Shown one piece after another: positions 49,785 to 63,029 of a stretch of 64,000 bases of DNA. The notes beneath the pieces are model-generated. The model was given only the letters and a program-made list of their open reading frames with translations. It did not search any database and had not been told where the DNA came from. Origin of the DNA: Macrostomum lignano (lineage: Eukaryota); contig NIVC01003512.1 of assembly GCA_002269645.1 (NCBI GenBank), forward strand, positions 1-64,000, in the 5' to 3' direction. How positions within the stretch are numbered: position 1 is the stretch's first letter; every line of letters starts with the position of its first letter. Position numbers and translations under genes: made by a program.

Positions 49785-50560
49785 CATTAGCCCTACACCC
49801 CCAGATTAGCCCCACTTCCCCCAGATTAGCACTACTCCCCCCATATTAGCCGCACACCCCCAGATTAGCCCCACTTCCCCCAGATTAGCACTACGCCCAG
49901 CTTAGCACTCAGCCCAGATTAGCACTCAGCCCAGATTAGCACTCAGCCCAGATTAGCACTCAGCCCAGATTAGCACTCAGCCCAAATTAGCACTCAGCCC
50001 AAATTAGCACTCAGCCCAGATTAGCACTCAGCCCAGATTAGCACTACGCCCAGCTTAGCACTCAGCCCAGATTAGCACTCAGCCCAAATTAGCACTCAGC
50101 CCAGATTAGCACTCAGCCCAGATTAGCACTCAGCCCAGATTAGCACTCAGCCCAGATTAGCACTCAGCCCAGTTTAGCATTCAGCCCAGATTAGCACTCA
50201 GCCCAGATTAGCATTCAGCCCAGATTAGCACTCAGCCCAGATTAGCACTCAGCCCAGATTAGCACTCAGCCCAGATTAGCACTCAGCCCAGATTAGCACT
50301 CAGCCCAGATTAGCACTCAGCCTAGATTAGTACTCAGCCCAGATTAGCACTCAGCCTAGATTAGTACTCAGCCCAGATTAGCACTCAGCCTAGATTAGCA
50401 CCGCTCCACAGGTTACCGCCGCTTCCCAGATAGTTTCACCCCTTCCCAGATTAGCACCACTCCGCAAAAATTCGCACCGCTACCTCCTCCAGATTAGCCC
50501 CCCCCACTCCTTTATATTAGCCCCACTCCCTTAGATTAGCACCGCTCCCCAGATTAGCAC
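49785..50560. repeat. 17-bp minisatellite with degenerate flanks
   Basis: Unit CAGATTAGCACTCAGCC; homogeneous core ~49895-50400. Confidence 0.95.
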
Positions 50561-52009
50561 CACTCCCAAACTGCTAGAAGGTAACTACTATTATCGCCTC
50601 AGAAGTTTAAAGTTAAACCCTCCCCAGAAATTGGCAGTTATCCCCACAACAACCTGAAATTATCCCTTCTAATTCCGCAAAACAGACTGCAGTCATACAA
50701 CTCATTTGCACTCTACAACTTTTATTATTATTATTCATTTATCCCTCAGGGACCCAGAATTGTCCCTTCTGCAAGCTACAATTATTCACAGTTAGATATC
50801 CTCCTCAGAAGTCTGCCATTATTATCCTAGCAGTCTGCAGCTATCCCCTCGGCAGTTTGCAGCTTATACGCTCATAAGTCTCGAGAAACTAACCAACGTC
50901 AGCAGTTTGCAGTTTGTCCCCTTTGCAGTCTGCAATGATCCCTTCAACAATCTGCAGTTCCCCTCAGTAGTCTGCAGTCAATTCATTTGCAGTCAGCAAG
51001 TGTTTCCTTAATAATTCTCATTTATCCCCTCAGCAGTCTGCAGTTCTCTCAGCTGGCCCCTCAGTATTCTCAGCAAACTGCAATGATCTTTTCAATTATT
51101 TAAAAATTTGCTCAGCATTTACGACGGCGCACTAATCAATTTTCGATACATATTGGCAGTCTTGCGCAACTCAGCATTTAGCAATACCTCAGCAGTTTAG
51201 CAGCATCGTCTGCAGTTTAGTAATTTAATCCCCTGCAGTTTAGTCCTATATACTAAAAATCTACTTCTATAGACCTAGATAATAACAATTAATGGGATCT
51301 TAGGATTTTACAAATCAAATCAAATTTGCTTAGTGGCTTGTGCGAGTAGCAAAAGTAAATTATTGTAATTAATAAAAAATTTTTACAATTAATCAAAAAT
51401 GTTCAAAATAGTCGAGGCAGAAGCCTCAGACTATTTCGACTCGAACCTTGGACTCGAACCTTGGACCTTATGCCTAGCCTAAACCTAGTCCTAGTGCCTG
51501 CACTGCGGCTATTCCGCCTACTGATCGGAGGGCGCAAAAATCAGCCATATATGCTTCGGCACTGCAGTCAAATACACAGCAGTGATAGGCTGCTCAGTTC
51601 ATTAAGCAGTTATGTGCAGGCAGAGCCAATGCACAGTTGAGTGAAATCTATTAATAGCAATTGTCTATGCAGTCCGCCAGTCAGCCAGGGTCAGAATGTA
51701 CACACGCAGCCACTGAGCATTATTTTCCTCTCCCTTATTGCAGCCAGTATTGAGGCGTACACAGTGAACAGAGAAAAGTTGTGGCGCAATCTTAATTGGA
51801 ATTGAAATTCAGTCAGTGAGATTTTGACCTTTTCTAGCCTCCCATCGAAAGCATAGGGAAAACTCGTTTTTCGATTATTTAACCATCTTCCCATTCGAAT
51901 TTTTTAAATGCAATTACACCCACACAATCTCACAAGAATTTGCAATTGAGTGAAGCAAGTTTGAAAAAAATCGGTTCAGGCATTCAGGCTGTGGACTGGA
52001 ATACCGGTC

Positions 52010-52041
<32 letters not shown>

Positions 52042-52699
52042 CTTAGAGATTTAGTATATTGTGATTGTGATTAAGCCGGACTCAGCGGATCGGTCTAAAA
52101 TGTTTCCAGCTGTCGCCTGATTGTCTATCTTGCAGCGAATTTGCATGCATTGTATATTTGAGCGACTCAGGTAAGCGAAAGTCTTCTTCTTTCGGGTGAA
52201 TAGCTACGTGCCGTGTGTTAATGAATGTTGGTTCTGCTAATCAGGCCGAGCTTTCGTTCTCTAAGAAAACATTCAGTTTAATCGTGATTTCTTTGCTTAG
52301 TCTTGTTTCTAAGTCCTAAGGGACCCCAGTATGTCAGAGTCCTTTGCCAGCCGCTGCTGTTGCCAAAGTGCTATTCCTGAGCAAATACTCTGAAAGAAAC
52401 AGGCCTTTTGGGGTAAATTAAACATAAAATACGTCAAACAATAAAATAGCTTTGTTTTATTTGACTTATAATGTTGCTTCCCAAGTATTACACATTGCTA
52501 TACATTCACAAAGGTTGAAAAAATGTTGCGAGAGATGTGTCGCTCTTCTGTTGATTCTAAAATACTGAAAGGACCAGGCTTCTCTACGTGAAAATATTAG
52601 GTCAAACGAGTACTTCTTAGCTAAATGACTTCCCGTCAGATTGCATGTTTAGCGCTTCGACATGGAAGCTAGAACCGATCAATTGATGCTTGCAAGTCC

Positions 52700-53010
52700 C
52701 GCTGCATGGGTTCTTCAAGTCGCGTAGAAACCTATGTTCGAGTCCGTTCGGTCTTGGGTGTTATGCCGGAGTCATGACGAGACAATTGATCCCCTTCAGC
52801 CGTTCCTGCACCCTCTTTGATGCAAACGGCCGTTGTCAGATATTTAAGTCACCGGAAGACGGTGCAAAGGTTTCTGAGCTGGCTTGTTGACCTCTGGGCA
52901 CGTGGACTTCAGTCCATTTGCTACGAACGAGCGTCGTGCAGTCCATTGCCTTGCGGATCCGTGATCCTTGCTCTTCTTGGAAATCTCGACCGATATCTGC
53001 ATGGCCATCA
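52700..53010 (-). mobile_element. Degenerate Ty3/Gypsy-type integrase core remnant
   Basis: Across frames: HADIG..F, SKWTEVHV, LPVT*ISDNG, PFASKRVQERLKGINCLVMTPA*HPRPNGLE, matching the rve D..SKW.E / SDNG.F.S / HP.SNG pattern. Confidence 0.6.
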
Positions 53011-53329
53011 GATGCACTGTCATGCGTCATGTAATACAACGATCTTTTAGCCTCTGGTACTACCAGATGGATCCATCGGTAAAGCAACAGAAACATTGAG
53101 TAGCACTGATCGAGCTAATATCTACTAAAGAAAACAGGACGCCATTTAAAAAAATTCACAATGAAAGACTTTTTTAGGAATTCTAGCAGATTGATGATAT
53201 CGTTGAGTCTGGAGGTACTGCATACAGTCGAAATAAACAACAACAACAAAACTTCTCTTGCCAGCCACTCAGTGGCCGGAAAGGGGGGAGAAGTCAGAGA
53301 GCGCGTCTCTGGGCCATAGCCCTCAAAAA

Positions 53330-53575
53330 GTCACACCCCCCAGCTTGGTCCGGGGCGCCAGTATCAGTCGAAAGACGGTCAGGACATCTCGCCGTTCGCC
53401 TTGGCCTCGCACTTCGAGTAGCGGCTAAGGGCAGCGGGCCTCCGACCGGATGACGTGGCCAACCAGTCGAAGTCGTCGCCCGCGCAGCAGATCAGAAGGC
53501 CGCATCAGGCGCGCCCTTGCGTAGAGCATGGCATTGGTCTGGACCAATGCGCACTCCGAACGCCTCAGGCAGCAA
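53330..53575 (-). mobile_element. LINE ORF2 C-terminal fragment (RTE/L2-like)
   Basis: TNAMLYARARLMRPSDLLRGRRLRLVGHVIR resembles the post-RT N..LY........I..RRLR..GHV.R motif. Confidence 0.6.
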
Positions 53576-55744
53576 ATAAATTGACTAAATAGACTCTTCT
53601 GCTGCATTTAGACCTAGTTCCATGGGGAAATGCTTTATTACCAGTGCCAATCATTGGCAGTTTCATTGAAAATTGATAATAGAACGAAGCGTAGAGTGCA
53701 TCAGTCCCTCTAGTTCTCCCTGCAGGTCTGAGTGCATTAGGAGGGGTTATAGGATCAATCCATTTAACTTTTTGGCGCCTATACAGAGAAACTCAAGACA
53801 ACACAAGGCCTGCGTGCTGAACCAAAGAATTGGCAATTTTATTGGTTTTCAAAGAAGCAAGTGGCACAGAGATTTCAAACGGGGCCTGCAAACACTGGTG
53901 GCAATTGAGAGACGTATGCAAGTTAACCATAAGAGCTCGAATAAATTGTGTCATTTTTCCACAGTTAGACAGGAATAAGTAAAGGTCGACTAATCCAGAG
54001 TCAAGACGGAGTGAACCGGAATGGCGCAACAGCTCTCTCTTGTGGGAAAAAACAGCTAAAGAGGAATTTTTGGTACACGCTAAGACAATACAGACATATA
54101 TTGATGCGGAACGAACTTTGCTAACCTGCAGTGCAGCCTGCTATTCATAAATCAGCCAGATGGGTAGTGAAAAAATCTTTTTAAAAGCGACTATCTCTGA
54201 CAGGACAGGTGCAGCGACAGGTGTTGTCAAACGAATTAATAGCATGAAGTGCCGAAGCAAAGTACGAGATGTATCTGATAACAACATCCGAACCAGAGAC
54301 AAAATTACTTAGCCAAGAGTTAACCACGAGGCAAGAGAGTAAGTGAAGGTTAAAGCAATCGATAGATATGCAGAAAGCAGCTTCTATAAATTCCAAATTC
54401 TAGCGCAATAGAATTCCAAATCATAGAGAAAGAATCATACAGTTCTTAGCGCGCATTCGGTGTGGCAGGTTAGTGAAGAGCGAAGTGGCAGAACGAATGG
54501 AACTTATGGAAAAATTCGGGCAGGATCGAGTAAGTAAGTACATCAGAAAGAGCTAGCAACAATATTTTTGTTCCGGCCTGAAAGCACAAATGTTTCTGTG
54601 TGAAAAAGAGCTTCGATTTGGAATGGAAGGACTCGTTGTCCTAGCCTGAAAAGGGGTTGTGTGGACTAATCTCATGATTGGACAAATAATGCAGGCTCTT
54701 GTCAATAGGGGCGGTTTTAAACTGTACTGAGGGTGACAGCAGGAGGGTGACTGAGGGTGACTGAGGGTAAGAGAAAAAATGACGAGAGAGGCAGAGTTAA
54801 CCCTTGCTGGCTTGTGCTTCATTGAGCTTGCCGCGCTCTCCTCGGGTCAGAGTACTGTGCGAACACTTGAAAAGCAAAACACGATTCCCCAGTCTCAACT
54901 ACTCATGGAAGTACAGGGAGACAGAGAGAAGGGATAGAGCTTGAGTCGAGCGAAGCGGGGAGAGCAAAGTACGTGTTGAGAGCAGGTAGGCCTCCCCTTG
55001 CCTAACAGTTCCCCGTGCCCTAATTTCTCGTGAACTTTTATACGACGGCAAATGGAATTCGTGGCACGAATAAATAAGAGAGTGATGTAGGGGACTGAAA
55101 GATTCACAAGAAGTTGAATAATGGCGGGTACGCAAGTAAGAGCAGTTCACAAAAACAAGACAACAAATCTTCAGGGATCTGGAAATGTCACTAATGGTTT
55201 CTAATGGCACACATCTGCTCAACAGTTAAAAAAGATAGCTCGAAGGTCCGTGGTTGGCAGAATGAAACACAATACGAATTTTAGAATTAAAAACATTTCT
55301 CTAAACATAAAGGCTGGGATTATAGTTTGACAGGGTGGCACACGGTTCGTAAATCAATAGCCTGTACACAATCGGTAATGCGTTTGGACAAGAAAATCTG
55401 TCTTTTTAATGCGTAGCTCAGCTTTTCGAGTTAGGGAACTTGATAAGCAAAATTGTTGGGCAATGGAGCCTGACTTTGAAAGCATCTTATATGAAAGCTT
55501 AGAGGCTTTGCTGCTGCTGTATGTTTCTTCCAATATTTACAATACTGAGATTTGATAATTAACTGGGTCAGCCCGCGGACGACTATCTTTCAGAGCAGCG
55601 CTCGGGAATTTAAAACGGAGGTTGACCTGCCGATCAGGAGAAGGGTACCAGGGTTTATTCAGCTGGGTGACCCCTTTGTAAACAAAAAGAACTGAAAACT
55701 GGATGCATTGAGTCCCCACTGGACCAACTGGGAGGTGGCAGTAA

Positions 55745-58700
55745 TCAGGCAAGTCCCGTGGCAGCCAGTTCCTGCATGATCGGCGGCGCGGCAGTGATCT
55801 GCATGACCTTGGAGCCGTCGCTGTACCGCACGTCCAGCCAACGGATGGGCAGCAGCAGCAGCAGGGCCCGCTTTGCCTTGTAGTTGGCCGCTGCAGGTAC
55901 AGCCTCCTGCATGTTAGCCAGACCGTCAAGGTACTGCATGTAGTACCACTGCGTAGCCTTGACTAAAGCTCGCTCCGCCTCGTCCAGCTCAAGGCCAACG
56001 TCGTCCTCGAGCAAGTACAGGCCGAGCAGGATGAGCGCGGCAACTTGGCGCTGCTCGCCAAACAAGGTGCGAACTTCGCAGTAATAGTTGCGCAACGTTT
56101 CGTAGATGCGCTCAACATCGGCGGCGGTGTAGAGTGGCCGGCCGTCGATGCAGCGGCGTGTCATTAAGCCCATGAAGGTGATCATTGTAGCCGCTTTCGT
56201 CTCCAGCACCACCTCTTCCAGGCCGCCGTTGGCTGAGCCGTCGCTGCCACTGCCGCTGCCGCTGCCGCTGGCTGCCGCACCACCAGCCTGCTGATTCTCG
56301 AGCAGAAGGACCCACGCGTCGCGCGAGTAATCGTATGAGAGCACGCTAGTAAGCTGGATGCCTCCGAACACCTTGAACTGGGCAAGAATTTATTTAAGGG
56401 TTCTCATTTAATACTACGTTGTCGTAAAGCCCTACTGACGACGAAAGCTTACGATATAGATATACGCCCTCAAAAAGGCGTGTTAAGTACGAAAAAAAGA
56501 TGCGCAACTTCCTTTTGTGAACTGTCTACTGACAGACAGATCGCAACCTGCAAGAGAGAGAAACAGCTTCTACTATCGACTATTGTAAATAGGGTTTCAA
56601 CAATTTGCCTTCAACTATATGTACGAGCTACTACTGTTTGATCGGGAATTAACTATAAATTTGAAAGCCTATTTCCAAGCTTGACTGCGTTGACTGCATC
56701 CAGACAAAGTCTCTAAATGGCTGGAGTGACTAAGCGGAAGTTAACACAGCTGCTCTGTTTATGGTTAAAATACTTTTCTACGTCGAGTACACTCTGAAAG
56801 AAGAGATCACGACACCAAAAGGTTTACGTACAGTGCACATGTTCCCGTACCCCACCATACAGACTTGCTCACCTTGACAATTCGTCCCAGCAGGTTCTTC
56901 TCCATGCTCTCGAACCCAGGCAGCTGTGGAATAAGACGAATCATCTTTCGCACGGAACTCTCGAGCGTAGAGAATCCCTCCTCGGAGTTGAACAGCTTGG
57001 AGGACATGCATGGGGTCCGCGCTTCGTACGGCAGCTGATAGCTCTTGACACAGAGCAGAAGCTGCTGATACACCAGTGAGAGCTCAAAGTTGTGCGCCAG
57101 AGACTCAATCTCCGTCAGGGAGCCGCCCCGACTTTCGTCAATATCGCTGGTCGATGAGTCTTCAAAGTTTCCAGCGGCTGCAGCTTCATTGCTTGCTGGA
57201 AACTCAACCGGCCGTGGGGGCGCTGGCGGGGGCAAATGCGGTGGAGGCGGCGGCGGCGGCGGTGGGGGCAGAGGTGGAGGTGGCAGCTGTCTTGACGCTG
57301 CGGCGTTGGCAGCCGCAACAGCTGCGGCTGCGGCGGCTGCTGCGGCATTTGATTCATGCAATTGATGAGGCATAGCAGCGTGTTGAAGCATGCGCAGCGA
57401 TGGCATGAGCTGCTCGGCTGCCAGATCACCTTGACCACCGCCATTAAATCTCGGGACGCCGTGCCGCATGGCATTGCCAGGGAGGCCCATGCTGGCGGCG
57501 ACGCTCATGCCGGAGAGCAATTGGTCAACGTTGACATCCGCTGGTACCCGGCACCAGCGGAAGCGCGGCTTCTTGAACGTTGGCCGAGCGCGCGTCTTCA
57601 ACTTTTCGTCGGCTTCAGGCGCGGTTGGGGCAGGTGAGAAATTGTTAGTGTCTTGCTGAACAGAGCTGCGAACTTCGGGAACTGGTTGCCCGAACTATTC
57701 TTGCCCACCCCAAAGCTAAACCATCTTGTGCATCCTGCCTTTCGGGCCATCCATGGCAACGAGTTGGCCGATCGCCTGGCCAAGGCTGGCTCGACCGGTT
57801 CTTTTACTGGTCCCCTGCCAGTGGCCCCCACCCCCCACCGCCGTTGTCACCACTCGGATCAACCAGTGGTGACAACAGCTGTGCTTTGTGCTTCAAAGCA
57901 CAGGGAGAGGTGGGCTAACGCTCCCAACTGCCGGAAATCCCGCGCGGCTGTCCCCTGTCCTTCCCTCGCCCAATGCAGGGCCCTGCTTGGACACAACCGC
58001 AGGGACACCAGGGCGGTGACCACCTCTCGGGACCTGGCTGTTTTGCCAAGCATCGCTACCTCCAGAGAAAATCCCACTCTGCCTCTCCGGTGTCGAGAAT
58101 GCGGAGCACTTCATCTGCGAATGCCCCGCCTTAGCTCAAGACAGGCTCACCTACCTCGGCCCAAACCTGGACCTCTCCGACGTTTTCAGGCCCGAGAATC
58201 TCTGCCAGCTCGTCCGCTACCTAAGGGCTACCAGACGAGCGACCATTCACCTCCTGGACTATCCTGCACTCGCCTCCCCGCTGTATCCGGATGCCTGGAA
58301 CCCCCTGCAGCTGAGCAAAGTACGAAGTGCATCCTGCCTATTTAATTAGCACAGATGCCTCGGGCACCCATGCAGTACGCCGGAAAATGGTGCCAATGCC
58401 AATATAAATAAGAAGAAATACTCACACAAGATGAGGTCCTTCTTCATGCCCACGGAGAAGCACTTGCGCAACCGGCATGCGGTGCAGGAGCGCCGGTACT
58501 CCCGCAGAATATTGCAGTTGTTCTGGTGCAGACACTTGATCTGGCTCGGCTGTCAAATTAGAATTTTAATAATCAGGAATATTTGATTTGAATTTTGAAT
58601 AAAGATGGGTTGCAAGGCTGGTCACGAGAATATAAGCAGTCTAACGAGCTATTGATTGGCTTCAGAAGCTCTGTAATCAGTGTCATTCGATGGGAGATGA

Positions 58701-59885
58701 ACGGAAAATCTATCAGTTAACGAGCTCACACTTGGGAAACTATTCAATGCTAACCTTTTGATCCCACGTCATCTACTTGCATATGCATACTTTGAAATAG
58801 ATAATAAATTAGCTAATTTCCTTAATGTCATCAGTGTCTCGAGACCCATTTTTCTTCTAACGCTTGCACTTTTAATTTTAGACTCGTATAACGCTCGAAC
58901 GTCATTACTTTGATTATTTTTTTGATATTATGGGACGAATGGTCTCTTTCTTGTAATCCAGTCGTTAGTAGTTTCTAATTTCCTAAAATACGAGTATACT
59001 AATTCTAAAAGCAGAAAACTACTCCAATAATTGAAGAAGCCCGCCATTTGCATGACTAGGGGGAGCCGTGGGACAAGATGTACGTTCAACTATATGGCAT
59101 GCATACTTCGGAGCGATACGAATACGATTCATTAGCCAAGTGCTTTGCTAATGAGTCGACTAAACGTACCTTCCTTCCTTGAAAGTCAGGCGCCATTGAA
59201 CTGAAGGAGGGAAATTCTGTGCCACGATGCTTGCTAGCTCATATGCTCTAGCATATGTTTAGTGCTATATCAGGGGCCGTAGAATGTAGGGCATGACTGC
59301 GGGCCTGAGAGAGGAGGGGAGAGATAACAGAGGGAATAGAGAAGAAGAGAGGAGAAGAGAAGAGAGAAGGGGGTGAGAGAGGAGAGAGGAGAGGAGAGAG
59401 GGAGAGGGGAGAGAGGGGAGATGAGAGAGGAGAGAAGAAAAAAGAGAAGAGAGCTGAGAAGAGACACAAACCTTGAGCGGGCCGGAGTTCGCCGGCCCCT
59501 AATGAGTTCAAATCAAATCCGTATACTAAAAATGAGTTGCTTGTTTGTACGAAATCAATTATCTCCCAAAAGGCTCAACCGAAATTGTCCTTCTTACATC
59601 CCGCTTGGCGTTCCGCCGGAAGAAGGTCTTGCAAGACTCGCAAGTGGCCACTCCAAAATTGTTACCGGATGCTGCCAGCTCACACACACAGCATTTTATT
59701 GCCAGTTGCTGCTGTTCTTGCTGCTGCTGCTGCTGTTGTTGTTGTTGTTGATGATGATGCTGATGCAGCTGAGGTGTCAGCAAAGGCGGTGGCGGCGGTG
59801 GCTGGTGGTGCTGCTGCTGGTGCTGACGCACAGTCCAAGCTGGGTGGCCAAAGAATTGACTGCTCTGAGCTGCACCGTCTCCCAT
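55745..59885 (-). CDS. Nuclear hormone receptor, HR96/NR1J-like, 594 aa; coding exons 59885-59598, 58549-58426, 57612-56873, 56377-55745; 5'UTR intron 59987-59894
   Basis: C4 fingers [29 protein letters not shown] and [39 protein letters not shown]; LBD signature-like [23 protein letters not shown]; intron phases 0,1,0 consistent; CDS 1785 nt. Confidence 0.88.
57655..58418 (+). mobile_element. 5'-truncated RNase H-containing LINE (R1/I-group-like) occupying coding intron 2 of the nuclear receptor, antisense
   Basis: [13 protein letters not shown] (RNase H), frameshifted [17 protein letters not shown] zinc knuckle, A-rich tail at 58401-58420. Confidence 0.78.
59300..59468. repeat. GA-rich polypurine low-complexity tract (NR coding intron 1)
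   Basis: Visible GAGAG/AGAA run. Confidence 0.85.
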
Positions 59886-61338
59886 GCTGCATTCTGGGGG
59901 GGAGGGGCAGAAGCAGATGGCAAGTGTTTTAGATAACACTCCATCACATAATAAAAATCTATTACACATAAAATATGAAGTACTCACCGCGTAAGTCTTA
60001 TTGTATGTCTCAGTTTCAGCAACAAAAATTCGGTTGGCTAAACTATTAGCTGTTTTGCTAGTGGAGTTCTAAAATAATATTTAATAGCTCTTTCTATAAA
60101 CTGTACGCTAGGCTGTTTCTTGAGCAAAGCAGAAAATCATGCAACAATGAAAATTGGCTGCTAGCTGCTCTCAGGAGAGGAGGACACGTCGTTTTGAAAA
60201 AGTCGGGCACTCCGGGGTGGCGACGCTACTTTGTCAGACAATAAAAACTGGCAGAGTGGGGTGGAAAAATGGGAGGGTGGGTTGGCCTCAGAGGACAGGC
60301 CGCTTTGCTGAGTCCTGTCTCTTTTTTACCGGCTTGGACCAAATAGGCTCTTTCTGTGCGTCTCCCGCCTTGTGAACTTGTGAACGGTAGAGAAAGGTAA
60401 ATGGACCATGGCATAAAGGCAAGGAAAACCCCTGTTAGGTTGAGGGTGGGTTGTTGGATAAAACAGTGGCCGTGTGTTCTACCCTCGCGTCCGCCTGCTG
60501 CCTCTCCCTTCATTGGTCGAGCACCTTCTAGCCTCCCCATCTGACTGGGGCTCAATTTCTGCCCCAGCCCTGCCCCGAAGAGAGAAGTACGCGGCAACCT
60601 AGTTGTTGAACTCTAAACTAATGGCCGGGTGGGGCGCCACTGCAAAGCGGCTCTGCCCCATAACGACAGGCAGACATGTCACCATAGTACAGCAAAAATT
60701 TCTGCCTGAACTGGACATTGAGCACCCGGCTCAGCAATTGCAAAAAAACACGAATTTTAGAGGCAGAGACAGAGCGATTGACTTCAGCTTGCTATAATGC
60801 AAATGAGGCCAGGTTTTTCAACTCTTGCTAAGGCGCACTGTGGGTCTACTAGGGGTGGCGGTGTTTATTGTTTGATGTTTGGTGTGTTTAATGCCATGAT
60901 TCGACGATTGTCTATGGCCAAAGCCGTGTATAGGGAGAGCACTGATTCAATTCAGACTTTAAACTCAGAACCGTTAGAAAAAATTATGTACTTTTTGATG
61001 CAGAAAGCGAACAAGTGATGAAGTGAATTAGCATTTTTTGATGCACTAGTGAACAATTCAAAACTCCAAATGTAATTAAACTGTCAGACCTCATGTGTGC
61101 TCAATCAGATGTTTTCATGGGCCAACCAGCGGGACAGGAAGCACTTTGTGTGAGAAAAGCAGGCGCCAATAGAACGCCAATCCTGTAGATTGATTTCGTC
61201 TGGTGGCCTCTCGGACTCCCATTGCCCGGCTGTCATGACTTGTGTCTGAATTTAACTGCTGTGTGTCTTAAATTCAATGCTCTGCCTGTGCCATAGACTA
61301 TGGATGGTGTTTTTTCCATAGACTAAAGTAGAGACAAA

Positions 61339-61531
61339 GGGCCGTATGCAGAAAGCCTAGTCCAGACTAGCTAGTCCGGACTTGGGTAGTTCAGTCTATA
61401 GTCTATGGTCTAGCTAGCCTAGTTCTGCTATAGTAGACTGGTCTAACTTTGTGTTTCTGCATACCAAATCCAAGTCTAGACTAGCTTTTCAAGACCGGAC
61501 TACCCTAGACAGAGCTTTCTGCATACGGCCC
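61339..61531. mobile_element. PIF/Harbinger-type MITE, 193 bp
   Basis: Perfect 18-bp TIR GGGCCGTATGCAGAAAGC / GCTTTCTGCATACGGCCC with 3-bp AAA on both flanks. Confidence 0.8.
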
Positions 61532-61547
61532 AAAGGTTGACTTTGTT

Positions 61548-62313
61548 TTTTTGCAGCCCATTTGGGCTTACGCGCATTAGTCCGCTTCTCAGTTTCAACT
61601 TAATTTAATCCAAGATACGGTTGCCAATGCAATGGAGCTTTTGTCTATGGTAGCAAGGCTTGATTTGGTCCAACAAGCATCAATTTGGTCCATAGCTTCA
61701 TTTGCAACTGCTGCGGAGGAGCAAGATCAGCCCCAGAATTGTGAACCATATGCTGGGCTGTCCAAGGAATGCCAACGAAGTGGCTTGCGATCGAAGCACT
61801 CGACACAGGTGAACACCCAATTCAAATGACATTGCAAGGTTGCTGAATGTTACAGAAAAGATGGTTTACAGCATCCATCAGCGCGTTGAAACTATGCCGG
61901 CAGAGATTGCCTGCGAAACGATGGCAATCGCCAAGGCAAGATGCTCGAGAGCCTCAGGTCCAACTGCTACTCGATGCAGTTGAGACGAATCCTTTGTTGA
62001 TATTTCAAAAAATGCAGCAGAAGTTGAGGGAACAGCTCCAGTTATTTATCTGATTTTGACTATCAGCAGAGCTCTGGAAAAGCGACTGAAAGTTGTTTCT
62101 ATAGAGACGCTGACATTCCAGAGGTACTCAACAACCTGCAGACAGTTGCGAGAAGTAACCAAATTGATGCTTGTTGGACCAAATTGATGCTTGTTGGACC
62201 AAATGAAATGCCGCTGTGCCAGCCTTGCTACCATAGACAAAAGCTCCCATTGCATTAGCAAGCCTATCTTGGATTAAATTTAATGCGCCTAAGCCCAAAT
62301 GGGCTGCAAAAAG
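61548..62313 (+). mobile_element. Internally deleted DNA transposon with ~140-bp imperfect TIRs and a Tc1/IS630-like HTH remnant
   Basis: 61548-61692 is the reverse complement of 62157-62313; interior reads SNDIARLLNVTEKMVYSIHQR and SPRQ...QLLLDAVETNPLL in shifted frames. Confidence 0.6.
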
Positions 62314-62955
62314 CTAAATTAATGGGTTGGGAGTGGAGAATTTTCGCTCTTAACCTGAGCCTTTAATTAGCAAGCAGACATGAAGTTCAGTTGATTAAAA
62401 CTACGGCATCTACCGAAACTGTGCTTCCACCCTCACTAGGAATTCAGCAGCAACAATGTGCCTAGTGCAATAAATAGACTGGAGTCTCAGAATAGAATTG
62501 CCATCTTTCTCAAGGTAACCGTGCTCTCTGAGAGGGCTGGATCGAGCATGACTGAGACGGGACTGATATGAGACAGAGGCAATCTGAAGGACAGCGACAC
62601 AGCTTGGGCCAGAATAGCATGAGGGAGGGGAAGTTGGCAAATTCTGGGTGACAAGCTAAATGCAGACGAGTCTGCTCTGTCCTTGGCAAACAATGAGATA
62701 TACGAAACCGATAAACTGTACAGCATCCTCCCAGATTCTCACTGAATTAACTCAGTACACACAGACGAGTACAGCGCACTGCATAATGCAAGCATTGAGG
62801 AGAGAGAAGAAAGTACTGAAGGCTAGTCTGAGTCAGCCCAATATGCAGTGCACATTATTGGTGGCGTGAATTACAGTGTACTTACACGGTTGCAATGCCC
62901 TGCCATGCAGTTGAAATGCGGTCAATTCCGTCCCTCTGACAAGCCCCATGCAGCA

Positions 62956-62956
<1 letters not shown>

Positions 62957-63008
<52 letters not shown>

Positions 63009-63027
63009 TCTCTCTCTCTCCCTCTCT
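62957..63027. repeat. (CT)n microsatellite
   Basis: Visible dinucleotide run. Confidence 0.95.
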
Positions 63028-63029
63028 AG

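Noticed and set aside
17730-50560. Regular repeat arrays as possible CRISPR loci
   Set aside because: Head-to-tail units with no unique spacers, eukaryotic context, no cas genes
53650-55500. Short ORFs, possibly a decayed transposon
   Set aside because: No recognisable motif in any frame I translated
56420-56456. CTGACGA...GAAA hammerhead-like string
   Set aside because: No stem II and no UH cleavage triplet in register
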